In this document: piece after piece, positions 1 to 9,053 of the stretch
How the letters are laid out: each line of letters begins with the position of its first letter
Position numbering within the stretch: the first letter of the stretch is position 1
Origin: a virus
Lineage: Duplodnaviria; Caudoviricetes
IMG/VR virus record: IMGVR_UViG_3300039306_000019
Coordinates: 1-33,063 of that record
Direction: 5' to 3' (one strand)
DNA: 33,063 nt
The notes under the pieces: model-generated
The model's input: only the letters and a program-made list of their open reading frames with translations
Database searches by the model: none
Told to the model about the DNA's origin: nothing
Program-made: the position numbers and the translations under genes

Positions 1-1272
1 ATGATAAGAAGCTATTATCAACTGATGAAAAACACCCAGCAAGGGGCGGTTATTGGCCTGATCTTAGAAACCAGGCAACCGAAAAAGGACGGCACATGTC
101 CGGTGAAAATACGAGCCACCTTTGACCGTAAGCAGCGCTACTACAACGCCGGTATGGATCTTACGCCTGATGACTGGGAGAAGGTCATGTCAATCAACCC
201 ACGAGGCAAATACAAAGACCTTCGTATTATGCTGGATACAGCTTATGCCGATGCTGATCGCATTGCCAAAGATTTGAAGGGCCGGTTCAGCTTTGAAAGG
301 TTTTCGTCCCTGCTGTTTGGTCCTTCACGTGATGAAAGCAATTTCTACGCACTGTTTGAAAGCTACGTGCAAAAGCTGCAGACTGAAGGAAGAGCAACAA
401 CGGCATCCAGTTACAATTGTGCATTGACTTCGTTTAAACGGTTTAGGCCTTCTCTGAACTTAGCTGAGATCACGCCTGATTTGCTTAGTGAGTATGAGAA
501 ATGGATGACTACATCCGGAAACTCAAAAACCACTACCGGCATTTATACCCGCAGTCTTCGTACGGTACTAAACTTGGCTGTTGATAAGGGATTGATTAAA
601 CAGTCGGATTATCCCTTTGGGAAAAATAAGTACTCCCCTCCTACTGGTCGTAATGTAAAAAAGGCACTTACGCTTTCGGATGTGCAGCTCATTTATGATT
701 ACGACGCTATTGAAGAAAGCCCGGAAAGCAAAGCCCGGGATCTGTGGTTATTCTCTTATCTGTGTGCCGGCATGAACTTCAAAGATATTGCCCGGCTTAC
801 CTTTCGCAATATCCACAAAGACCGGATTGTATTCTTAAGGGCAAAGACAGAACGCAGCCACCGGGCCCAGCCTCAACCCATCACTATAGTATTGACTGAT
901 GAAACCAGGGATATTATCAAACGATGGGGCAATAAATCAAGGATGCCAGATGATTACGTTTTTCCAGTGTTACGATCTGGAATGACACCACTGCAGGAAA
1001 TGAACACCATCCACCAATTTATCAAAACCTCTAATAAGTATTTATCTCGAATTGGGCAGGCTATCGGGCTTGAAAACCAACTTACGACCTATGTAGCTCG
1101 ACACACCTATGCAACCGTGCTGAAGCGCTCAGGAGCTCCTATAGAGTTCATTTCAGAGAGCCTAGGACACAGCAGCCTAAAGACTACTGAGAACTACTTG
1201 GATAGCTTTGAGGACGCTGCAAAAGCCCAATACAACGAACAATTACTGGCATTTAAGAAGAAAGTAGTATGA
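1..1272 (+). CDS. int: Tyrosine integrase, Bacteroidota type (arm-binding, SAM-like and catalytic domains)
   Basis: N-terminal KKDGTCPVKIR..RY arm domain; catalytic boxes GMNFKD, RAKT, TTYVARHTYA, LGHSSLKTTENY. Start may be the ATG at 25. Confidence 0.93.
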   Translation: MIRSYYQLMKNTQQGAVIGLILETRQPKKDGTCPVKIRATFDRKQRYYNAGMDLTPDDWEKVMSINPRGKYKDLRIMLDTAYADADRIAKDLKGRFSFERFSSLLFGPSRDESNFYALFESYVQKLQTEGRATTASSYNCALTSFKRFRPSLNLAEITPDLLSEYEKWMTTSGNSKTTTGIYTRSLRTVLNLAVDKGLIKQSDYPFGKNKYSPPTGRNVKKALTLSDVQLIYDYDAIEESPESKARDLWLFSYLCAGMNFKDIARLTFRNIHKDRIVFLRAKTERSHRAQPQPITIVLTDETRDIIKRWGNKSRMPDDYVFPVLRSGMTPLQEMNTIHQFIKTSNKYLSRIGQAIGLENQLTTYVARHTYATVLKRSGAPIEFISESLGHSSLKTTENYLDSFEDAAKAQYNEQLLAFKKKVV

Positions 1273-2378
1273 AAAGCGCCCCCCCCCCAAAGCAGTATAC
1301 TTTCTCTGATTGGCTAGAATACAATTTTGTGTATGAAGAAAATATACTAGGTTTTCCAGTATTAAATGATAGCCAAGAGTATCTAGATCTGGTCATGCGA
1401 GGAAAGATGACTTTGGAAACGCTTAAGCAAATCCAAGAAGCCCAAGCGGAGACTTATGAGATTTTAGTAAAAGCTAGCTTAGAAGAGGAAGTTAAACTTT
1501 TTGAAAGAGAACTTCGGCAGAGTATCGCTCCAGATAGACTACTTGAAGAGAAAACAAGAAGACTAGAAATGTATTTGCAAGAGCAGGGCAACACTTATTA
1601 TGATGTGATACTTCCTAAAGTGTTTAGAGGAATTAAAACAGGGGCAAAATATATTACTGCCTATCAATATCTACATCGTGAAAAGCAAAATTATATTTTT
1701 TTTCCATTTTATTCGGTTAGCTATAATAAACAGGAGAATATTTCAGCACTTGAAGCATATCTTGGTAAAAAACCAGAAGTGTTGTTAACTCCTTTTAAGC
1801 AGCCTAAAAATCAGAACGATGAAGATTTTGACTATGATCCGCAACAGCCATTACAATCTCAAATTTTATATGCCAAAGTGGAGGTAGTAGTAAAGCTTTT
1901 ACAATGGATAAAGTCACTTTCTGCTAGACCGATAGAAATTGAGAATAAGACCTTATTAAAATCCAATCAAAGCAATGAAGCCTCCCAAAGGGAGAATTTG
2001 TTTAATCCTCCGCTTCCCCTTAAAGAAGTTGAACGGTATTTTATGCAATTGGCTACTCAGAAAAATAAAGTGGGAGGAACCTTTCTATCCGAGCAGGAGG
2101 TGATGAATTTTATCAATCGGGCCTTCTGTAAGCAGACTGAGATACCGAAAGCCACGCTTCAAGTGCATAGTACTCAGGAATGGGCGTTCATCAAGAAGCT
2201 TTTTTACGTGTTTTACACTGAATGCAGAAGGCTATTTATAGCCGAATACCAAAGCAGGACAATATATGCTACCCTTTATTCTGACAACTTTCAAAATGCC
2301 CCTTCTGTAGAAAATCTGCTCCAAAACTTTAACAAGGTTGGGCTAAAGAATTGGAAAATTAATACCTTAAAGAATTAA
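1269..2378 (+). CDS. Hypothetical protein coupled to int (possible RteC-like regulator)
   Basis: 369-aa AT-rich ORF overlapping the int stop, in the int-X-xis position typical of Bacteroidota integrative elements; function is inference. Confidence 0.6.
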   Translation: MKSAPPPKQYTFSDWLEYNFVYEENILGFPVLNDSQEYLDLVMRGKMTLETLKQIQEAQAETYEILVKASLEEEVKLFERELRQSIAPDRLLEEKTRRLEMYLQEQGNTYYDVILPKVFRGIKTGAKYITAYQYLHREKQNYIFFPFYSVSYNKQENISALEAYLGKKPEVLLTPFKQPKNQNDEDFDYDPQQPLQSQILYAKVEVVVKLLQWIKSLSARPIEIENKTLLKSNQSNEASQRENLFNPPLPLKEVERYFMQLATQKNKVGGTFLSEQEVMNFINRAFCKQTEIPKATLQVHSTQEWAFIKKLFYVFYTECRRLFIAEYQSRTIYATLYSDNFQNAPSVENLLQNFNKVGLKNWKINTLKN

Positions 2379-2427
2379 ATTACTACAGTTATTCCAAAAT
2401 TACTACAGTTCTTACTAGGCTTACTAC
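2377..2427 (+). promoter_or_regulatory. Direct-repeat operator upstream of xis
   Basis: AAATTACTACAGTT at 2377-2390 and 2397-2410, with partial TTACTA copies at 2412 and 2421. Confidence 0.55.
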
Positions 2428-2488
2428 TCTCAGAATATCAATAAGTTAGGTGATTATACTTGCGTATCGTTTCTAAAAAACATACGCA

Positions 2489-2809
2489 ATGGCTTCACTT
2501 ACATTTGAACAAATTCCTGCAAAGCTTGAGTACCTCAGCGGTAAGGTAGAAGACCTTGAACGTCTTTTATTTAAGCTGTCCGACCAACTCCCAAAAACAT
2601 TACCAACTAAACCTCGGCGACTGACACTGGATCAGCTGTGCGAGAAATTGCCTTGGCGTCCTGCAAGGGCTACTGTCTATGGGATGGTGTCTCGTAGAGA
2701 AATCCCTTTTGAAAAAAACGGAAAATACCTGCAGTTCAGAGAAGACGAAATAGATAAGTGGCTGGATCAAAGAGCCCAAAGCCATGGCTACTTCATAAAA
2801 AAACGCTAA
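2489..2809 (+). CDS. Excisionase-like HTH DNA-binding protein (HTH_17/AlpA-like)
   Basis: LTLDQLCEKL..ARATVYGMVSRREIPFEKNGKYLQFREDEIDKWL is a typical Xis-type winged HTH. Confidence 0.85.
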   Translation: MASLTFEQIPAKLEYLSGKVEDLERLLFKLSDQLPKTLPTKPRRLTLDQLCEKLPWRPARATVYGMVSRREIPFEKNGKYLQFREDEIDKWLDQRAQSHGYFIKKR

Positions 2810-2815
2810 CCCACT

Positions 2816-3034
2816 ATGACGCAGATTAACGTTAAGAATTCGTTTTTGCCGGGAAAGCAGGACGAAGTTACGACAAAACAAAGAATCTTCAAATTCCTCG
2901 ATGGACTGCGCTTGAGTAACCTAACTGATCAGTTTAGCCTGATTGGAGAACGGAACCTGGCTAACAAGTTCAAAGTATCGATTGAGGTTTTCAAGCAATA
3001 TGTGGAAGAGCACAGGAAAGGAGGTCAATTATGA
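2816..3034 (+). CDS. Small conserved hypothetical protein, paralog of 27517-27750
   Basis: Shares KQRIFKFLDGLxL.N.T..FS..G.RNLA.KFK with the element 2 copy. Confidence 0.8.
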   Translation: MTQINVKNSFLPGKQDEVTTKQRIFKFLDGLRLSNLTDQFSLIGERNLANKFKVSIEVFKQYVEEHRKGGQL

Positions 3035-4089
3035 CCACTCCCCTGAGGAATCTATCTGATTACAGCGCTGCAGAATATCAATACCCTGCTCTGATTCTCA
3101 TATCGGCACTGGAACACGATAAACTATATCTGCCAAATACTTTAAAAAGACTGCTGACCCCTCACTGTAAAGATGCAGAAGCATTCTTTGAGCAGTGTTT
3201 GCAAAGTAAATTGATTGAAGAAAACGCGGGTCAATATGGCGTGTCTTACAAATTATGGCAAGCCTATCAGCCTGCTCCAGGCTCCAGTTTTACTCAGGTG
3301 CCGGATACAGATAAATGCGGGACTGATATGTACGGCACTCCGGCAAGCATCGACCTAAATGGCAATGTAGTCTATCTGGAAACGCAGGACAAAATACGAG
3401 ATTTTCATAATCTGTATTCGCACGATCAGCTGGCAGCTTCAGAAGTTTTGTCCTCAATTGTAGACACTAGAATTAAGTTAATCCCTTTTCAGTCGGGCCA
3501 TATTCTGGATAGGGAAATATCTATTTTCAGAGCGCCGGCAAGCAACAAATTTGGAAAACTGACTACAATCCGGGATGTTCTTTTCAAAGAAATCCGCAGT
3601 GACAAGCACTTACCGGTTACGCGCATTCTTCGAAACAAACCCACCACTACCCTGCAGGAAATAGCAACAGCAAGAGAATACAAGCAGTTGGCTTTTGATT
3701 ACGTAACCTGGTCGTGCGTGTGTTCCTATCACCACGATTCACACGTCACAAGTTACTCTGGTATCGTTTGTCTGGACCTTGACCACCTGGAAGCCATTGT
3801 CGATATACAACGGCTAATAAACGCTGACCCGGCTGTTATTGCATCCTTTATTTCTCCTTCAGGAAATGGACTAAAAGTTCTTTATGAAACCAATTCTACT
3901 AGAACGAACGAACAGTGGTACAAAGCGTACTCAAAGCGCTTACTGAAGCTTACCGGACTTCCTGAAACCTACGTCGATCCAATTGATGGCCGGGAAAAAA
4001 AGCATATCGATCCCACCTGTAGCAATATAAGCCGGGCCTGCTTTCTGCCCTGCGATGCATCTCTTTACGTCAATCCTGTCTTGCTATGA
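3031..4089 (+). CDS. BT4734/VirE N-terminal-like primase-polymerase domain protein
   Basis: YSGIVCLDLDH, FISPSGNGLKV and DPTCSNISRACFL motifs. Confidence 0.82.
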   Translation: MTTPLRNLSDYSAAEYQYPALILISALEHDKLYLPNTLKRLLTPHCKDAEAFFEQCLQSKLIEENAGQYGVSYKLWQAYQPAPGSSFTQVPDTDKCGTDMYGTPASIDLNGNVVYLETQDKIRDFHNLYSHDQLAASEVLSSIVDTRIKLIPFQSGHILDREISIFRAPASNKFGKLTTIRDVLFKEIRSDKHLPVTRILRNKPTTTLQEIATAREYKQLAFDYVTWSCVCSYHHDSHVTSYSGIVCLDLDHLEAIVDIQRLINADPAVIASFISPSGNGLKVLYETNSTRTNEQWYKAYSKRLLKLTGLPETYVDPIDGREKKHIDPTCSNISRACFLPCDASLYVNPVLL

Positions 4090-5984
4090 GCTTAATACCT
4101 AATGATTTGGATTTCGATACGGAACCTGAAGTAAAGCAGGCAAAAACAGCATATCAAAGCGTAGACGAAGAAGGCAATCTAACCCCTTTTCTAGCTAAAA
4201 AGCTTGAATATTATATTTCTGAGATTGAGCGGCTTCAGATGGATCTGTCTCCGGGCCGGGAAACTTGGATTCAGCTGATTAATGAGTTTGCTTCATTGGG
4301 AATAGATGCTGAACCGTACTTTATGCGTGTTGCCTGTATCTCTGATAAGTTCGATGAAGAGGAAAACCGGCAGGAATTTCAAAAGGCTATCAATTACCAT
4401 AAAGGTAAGCGTAATATTGGTTCATTCTTCTTTCGCTGTCACGAAGCAGGCATCAAGCCTTATCAGAAAACAAAGAAATCTTCAAAGCCAGAAAGCAAAA
4501 ACATCCCCTTTCCTGTAAATGAGGTAAACTCTCAGACTACAATAGACCATTGCCACGAAGGGCAGCAGGGTTTGGCTGAACTCTTGGCCGCCTTGGTGTT
4601 AGGATCTGTTTTGTTCAATCACACGACAAAAAGATTCTGCTACTACTTTGATGGCCGCTGGGTTGATGATGAAACAAAGCAATTCCGTTTCTATGCGCTC
4701 GTAATCCTAAAGCAACACTTGAGTAAATGCGCTTCTGAATTAGATGGAAAGGTGAACGAATTCACCAAAGCTTCTGCCCGTCTTTCCGAACAGGATGAAA
4801 GAATGGTAGACCGGCTAGAAAAGAACAGGGATTATATAAGGGCTACCTCCTACCGGTTAAATCAGAAATCTCAAATTGAAGCTGTATTGGAATTGGCATC
4901 AAGCATTTTGCCTACTCAATCCAACGACTTTGATGCCAATCCTTTTCTGTTTAATGTCTTGAATGGAACACTTGACTTTAGAAGGGGTGAATTTCGAAGT
5001 CACGATCCAAAGGACATGCTTTCCAAGCAGGCTGAAGTCAATTATAATAAGGAAGTAACATGCCCACAATGGAAAGCATTTCTGAGCAATGTATTTAACG
5101 GCGACAAGGACCTGATATCCTTCGTACAGCAGTGTGTCGGATACTCATTGACTGGTTTGACTGATCTACAGGTCGTGCTATTCTGCTACGGCCAGGGAGC
5201 GAACGGCAAGAGTGTATTCTTTTCAGTATTGAAATTACTACTGGGAGAGTACTGCATTGGGATACCAGTTGAAACGCTACTCACGAGTAAGCAGAAGCAA
5301 AGTGGAGCCGATTATGTTCTGGCTACATTAAAAGGGGCCCGGGCTGCTATCGGATCTGAAATACCGCAAGGAAGGCAGCTTAATGAAAGTCAAATGAAGG
5401 ATTTGACCGGAGGTGAACCCATTCACGCCCGTAAGATTTACGAAAGTCCCTACTCCTTTCTACCCACTCACAAACTATGGATGTTTGGCAACCATAAACC
5501 GGTAGTGCGGGGCACTGATCTGGGTATTTGGCGGCGCATCCGGCTTATCCCCTTTACGGTCACGATACCGGAAAAAGACCGCAGACCGATGAGCGAAATG
5601 CTGGCTGAGTTCGGAGAAGAATTACCAGGGATACTCAACTGGGCATTGGATGGGTACAAGGAATACTATAAATCAAAAAAGCTAGTACCTCCTAAATCGG
5701 TGATGGATGCCACTGCTCAATATCAGTCTGAATCAGACACTTTGTCCAGCTTTCTGCAAGATAAATGCGTGGTCGGCGCTACTCTCACTTGCCTAACGAA
5801 AAATCTATACGCTGAATACCTAAGATGGTGCGAAAGCGAAGGCGAAAATCCTGCTTTCCGTACAAACCGGCTTTTTATTGCTGATATGATAAGAAGGGCT
5901 TATGAAACGGCAAAGGGAACAGGTAATTATCTAGTATTCATTGGTATATCAATAAAGGATTCTCAACCAAAACGCAATAATTAG
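4086..5984 (+). CDS. P4/D5-family primase-associated SF3 helicase with N-terminal PriCT-2-like domain
   Basis: D5_N-like FDANPFLFNVLNGTLD; Walker A GQGANGKS; KDLTGGE, NHKP and DLGIWRR motifs. Confidence 0.9.
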   Translation: MSLIPNDLDFDTEPEVKQAKTAYQSVDEEGNLTPFLAKKLEYYISEIERLQMDLSPGRETWIQLINEFASLGIDAEPYFMRVACISDKFDEEENRQEFQKAINYHKGKRNIGSFFFRCHEAGIKPYQKTKKSSKPESKNIPFPVNEVNSQTTIDHCHEGQQGLAELLAALVLGSVLFNHTTKRFCYYFDGRWVDDETKQFRFYALVILKQHLSKCASELDGKVNEFTKASARLSEQDERMVDRLEKNRDYIRATSYRLNQKSQIEAVLELASSILPTQSNDFDANPFLFNVLNGTLDFRRGEFRSHDPKDMLSKQAEVNYNKEVTCPQWKAFLSNVFNGDKDLISFVQQCVGYSLTGLTDLQVVLFCYGQGANGKSVFFSVLKLLLGEYCIGIPVETLLTSKQKQSGADYVLATLKGARAAIGSEIPQGRQLNESQMKDLTGGEPIHARKIYESPYSFLPTHKLWMFGNHKPVVRGTDLGIWRRIRLIPFTVTIPEKDRRPMSEMLAEFGEELPGILNWALDGYKEYYKSKKLVPPKSVMDATAQYQSESDTLSSFLQDKCVVGATLTCLTKNLYAEYLRWCESEGENPAFRTNRLFIADMIRRAYETAKGTGNYLVFIGISIKDSQPKRNN

Positions 5985-6096
5985 TTATCGGAGTTATCAG
6001 AGTTATTCATTTTCCATAAAGTTCAAAAACGAAAAATACCCCTAGTCTCGTGGGGACTTTATATAAATCCAGTAACTCCAATAACCCCGATAACTA
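5982..6096. repeat. Putative replication origin of element 1 (inverted iteron triplets)
   Basis: TAGTTATCGGAGTTATCAGAGTTATT (5982-6007) is an imperfect inverted copy of AGTAACTCCAATAACCCCGATAACTA (6071-6096); directly after the helicase stop. Confidence 0.7.
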
Positions 6097-6109
6097 TTTG
6101 ACCAAAAGT

Positions 6110-6616
6110 ATGCTAAACCAACGTCGACAAACCTTTGTGAATGAATACCTGATTTCAGGAAATGCAACTGACGCGGCCATCAAAGCCGGATATTCCCGCA
6201 ATACTGCCCGTTCCATTGGTCAGCAATTATTGACATTTCCTGACATACAGCAGGCCCTCCAAGAGCACCGTAAGCAGGCCGAACAGCGTACGGCTGTCAC
6301 CTTAGACCGGGTAGTAAAGGAGCTGGCAAAGATTGCGTTCTTTGAAATAGGTGAAGCTTTAGACTTGGAAGACAATGAGTTACGCATAAAAAACTTATCT
6401 GACCTCTCCGCAGACGTCCGGGCCGCAATATCAGAAGTTACCGAGACAGATACGGCCTTTGGCAAACGGCGCTCCATCAAGCTGCATAGCAAGCTAACGG
6501 CCTTGGATGCCCTGATGAAGCATTTAGGGGGATATATTACTGTAAATGAACTAATTGATAAGATGGGAGAGAAAGAACTAGATGAGCTAATCACCAAGAT
6601 AATGGCGAAAAAATGA
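6110..6616 (+). CDS. terS: Terminase small subunit
   Basis: FVNEYLISGNATDAAIKAGYS..TARSIGQQLL motif; ATG at 6110 preferred because the GTG at 6050 lies inside the ori. Confidence 0.9.
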   Translation: MLNQRRQTFVNEYLISGNATDAAIKAGYSRNTARSIGQQLLTFPDIQQALQEHRKQAEQRTAVTLDRVVKELAKIAFFEIGEALDLEDNELRIKNLSDLSADVRAAISEVTETDTAFGKRRSIKLHSKLTALDALMKHLGGYITVNELIDKMGEKELDELITKIMAKK

Positions 6617-6846
6617 AAGGAAACGACAAGAGAAAAGCCATTAGAGCCGCCCTTTTTGGCAATGATTCTCACCTAATGGCAATGAAGCAGGAACGGATGA
6701 AGCATATGGCCGGATACCGGGAACGGCTGACAAGGCTGCTGGAATCACTCGATGAGGGACAGTTGCAAAGGTTCGTAGAGAAGCACAAAGAGCAACATCC
6801 TGAACTAGTCAAAGCTGTCATCAATTACCACAATGAAAAAGACTAA
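6613..6846 (+). CDS. Small hypothetical protein with KRxxLKxxLxG-type N-terminus
   Basis: ATGA overlap with terS; motif shared with three other post-terS ORFs. Confidence 0.65.
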   Translation: MKGNDKRKAIRAALFGNDSHLMAMKQERMKHMAGYRERLTRLLESLDEGQLQRFVEKHKEQHPELVKAVINYHNEKD

Positions 6847-7270
6847 CGACAAACGCCAACTTCTCAAAGATGTGCTGGCCGGCAAGCTAGGGTTAGAGCA
6901 GGCCTTTCCTTCCAGACCCGTACTGCCTCATTGGTTCAGTGACGAAGAGACAGACTACTTTATCTATATCGTCCTTAAAAGGGACCGCACGCCTTTAGAG
7001 CAGCAGGTCTATGAGGAGGTGATACGCAAAACCCGGCACACGTTAGACTTAGATCTATGGAACATTTTGGAGCAGCCCATCCCTGAACAGGAGTGGACAC
7101 TGAGCCAGCACCAGCAAGCTATAGAAGAAATGGTGCCTACTCTTCCTCGCTTCACATCGGAGATAAGCCAGGCGATCGCAAAACGCATTCTTGAAAAGAC
7201 TTCTAGCCGGCTGCAGTTAGAGAAGTACGGCGCCAATCAATTCGTCGACGATGACGACCTTTTAGTATAG
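6833..7270 (+). CDS. Hypothetical protein with KRxxLKxxLxG-type N-terminus
   Basis: Overlapping operon position; begins MKKTNDKRQLLKDVLAGK. Confidence 0.65.
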   Translation: MKKTNDKRQLLKDVLAGKLGLEQAFPSRPVLPHWFSDEETDYFIYIVLKRDRTPLEQQVYEEVIRKTRHTLDLDLWNILEQPIPEQEWTLSQHQQAIEEMVPTLPRFTSEISQAIAKRILEKTSSRLQLEKYGANQFVDDDDLLV

Positions 7271-7300
7271 TCCACCCTTTAATTTTAAATAATCACATCT

Positions 7301-7906
7301 ATGAAAAATGATACCCAAATCACTGAGCGATTAGAAGCTTACAACGAAGCCCGGAAATGGTCAGGACCCTTTATGGACCGCAGTGTGGCTGACTCTTACA
7401 TGGAAGTCATCAGGAAGGGAGAACTGTATAAATCAGAGACCTTCCAAAGTCTGAAAGCGGCCCGAAAGGAGTATAACCTCATCAATAGCAAGTTTTCTGA
7501 AAGCAGGCAAGCCGTACAGAAAATCATGGGCCGCATCGATCAGCTCGAATACCAGAAAAAGGAAGCTCAAGGGAGCCGGCAGGTAGATCGGTTCTTTGAC
7601 TTGGAAGCCCAGGAGTCTAAGGCTTGGAGAGAACTAAAAGAAGCCCGGGAGGAGCTGGCCATCTTCACTGAACAGGAGAAAACAGCTGGTGAAACGCTCA
7701 AAGCTCTGGAAGCACAAATGAGAAAAGAGCACCAGGCAATGAAAGCCGCATTGGAGGAGCAGATGACCCCTCACCTGGTAGCCTTGAATGATCTGATGGT
7801 GCAGATTAGATTTTTAGGGCACCAGGTCGCTAACTCTGGTGCTGCCAATGGTGGAGGCGAACTCTTTCGCCCTTACCTAGCTAAGTATCGTCACCTGAAC
7901 GGCTAA
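7301..7906 (+). CDS. Coiled-coil hypothetical protein
   Basis: 201 aa, long E/K/Q/A-rich helical run, in operon. Confidence 0.65.
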   Translation: MKNDTQITERLEAYNEARKWSGPFMDRSVADSYMEVIRKGELYKSETFQSLKAARKEYNLINSKFSESRQAVQKIMGRIDQLEYQKKEAQGSRQVDRFFDLEAQESKAWRELKEAREELAIFTEQEKTAGETLKALEAQMRKEHQAMKAALEEQMTPHLVALNDLMVQIRFLGHQVANSGAANGGGELFRPYLAKYRHLNG

Positions 7907-8343
7907 TGAGAAAGGCAGGAAATCAGGTCCAGTACAGCCGGGTGCATTATTCGGCTGTAGACTCACACTTCAAAGATGAGTGTTTCCGGATGTACTGGCT
8001 TAGCTGTAGGATGTTGGGTCTGGATCCAGATGTAACCCCTATTCCTATCCATTTCATTAAGCTTGACCCGGACAATGAGAAACCTTTCTATACCGATTTT
8101 GAAGAAGTCAAGGGAGTTGCATTTGGCCTGTCTTATAAGATTTACATCAGTACGGATTATCCGCTGGAAGATGCCCTTTTCACAGTTGCCCACGAAATGA
8201 GACACATACACCAATATGAGAAGTATGGCTTTCGGGTAGGCTATCAAAAAGAGCTGTCTTCCATCCTGGAAAGCGACGCGGATGAGTTTGCCACCAAAGC
8301 CTGCCGCAAGTTTCAACACCAAAATATGATTTTACATTTATGA
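7906..8343 (+). CDS. Zincin-like HExxH metallopeptidase
   Basis: TVAHEMRHIHQ with downstream ESDADEFA. Confidence 0.72.
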   Translation: MRKAGNQVQYSRVHYSAVDSHFKDECFRMYWLSCRMLGLDPDVTPIPIHFIKLDPDNEKPFYTDFEEVKGVAFGLSYKIYISTDYPLEDALFTVAHEMRHIHQYEKYGFRVGYQKELSSILESDADEFATKACRKFQHQNMILHL

Positions 8344-9029
8344 GCTATCAAACTAAACAATGCTCCCTGGCAGTAAAGGATCTTGATACCAGGGGCCGCA
8401 CCGTAGTTATTTACGTCTCAGCCTTTGGCAATAAAGACTCCGACGGGGATATCATTCTGCCGGGTGCTTTCAAAAAGACGATTGCAGAGAACGGTCCAAA
8501 GTCCTACCAACCCCGCATCAAACACCTGATGCAGCATAAGCACGACCGCCTGATTGGTAAGCCCCTGGAGATGGTGGAGGACAGCAGAGGCCTGCTGGTA
8601 ACTTCACTACTGGCTGACACTACAGAAGGAAGGGATGCGCTGAAACTCTATGAAATGGACTTGCTGGAGCACTCCATTGGCTACCAGGTACCCTCTAGCG
8701 GCCAGAAAAGAGTAGGTGATGCCAATCACATATCTGAAATCTATTTGCGTGAATACTCCTCCGTCAGCTGGGGAGCCAACTCCTCCACGCCCCTAGTGGG
8801 CATTAAATCCTTATCGAAGCCGGATCAACTGGCAGTATTACAATCCCGGGCAAACCGGTTGAGTGAAGCCTGCAACAAAGGCAGTTTCACTGATGAGACT
8901 AGCCAGCTTCTGGAAATGAACCTTAAACAAGTCAAGCAGGAATACCAGCGGCTAACAGATCCGGAATACGAAGAGAAGGAGTTGATTAAATGGCTCCGGG
9001 AACTCCGGTGGTCTTTGGAAAATCATTAA
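8340..9029 (+). CDS. HK97-family prohead (maturation) protease
   Basis: SAFGNKDSDGDII.PGAF, H...LIGK, SIGY and EYSSVSWGAN motifs; catalytic His and Ser appear intact. Confidence 0.92.
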   Translation: MSYQTKQCSLAVKDLDTRGRTVVIYVSAFGNKDSDGDIILPGAFKKTIAENGPKSYQPRIKHLMQHKHDRLIGKPLEMVEDSRGLLVTSLLADTTEGRDALKLYEMDLLEHSIGYQVPSSGQKRVGDANHISEIYLREYSSVSWGANSSTPLVGIKSLSKPDQLAVLQSRANRLSEACNKGSFTDETSQLLEMNLKQVKQEYQRLTDPEYEEKELIKWLRELRWSLENH

Positions 9030-9053
9030 TCTACCTTTTAAACAGTAAAGAGA

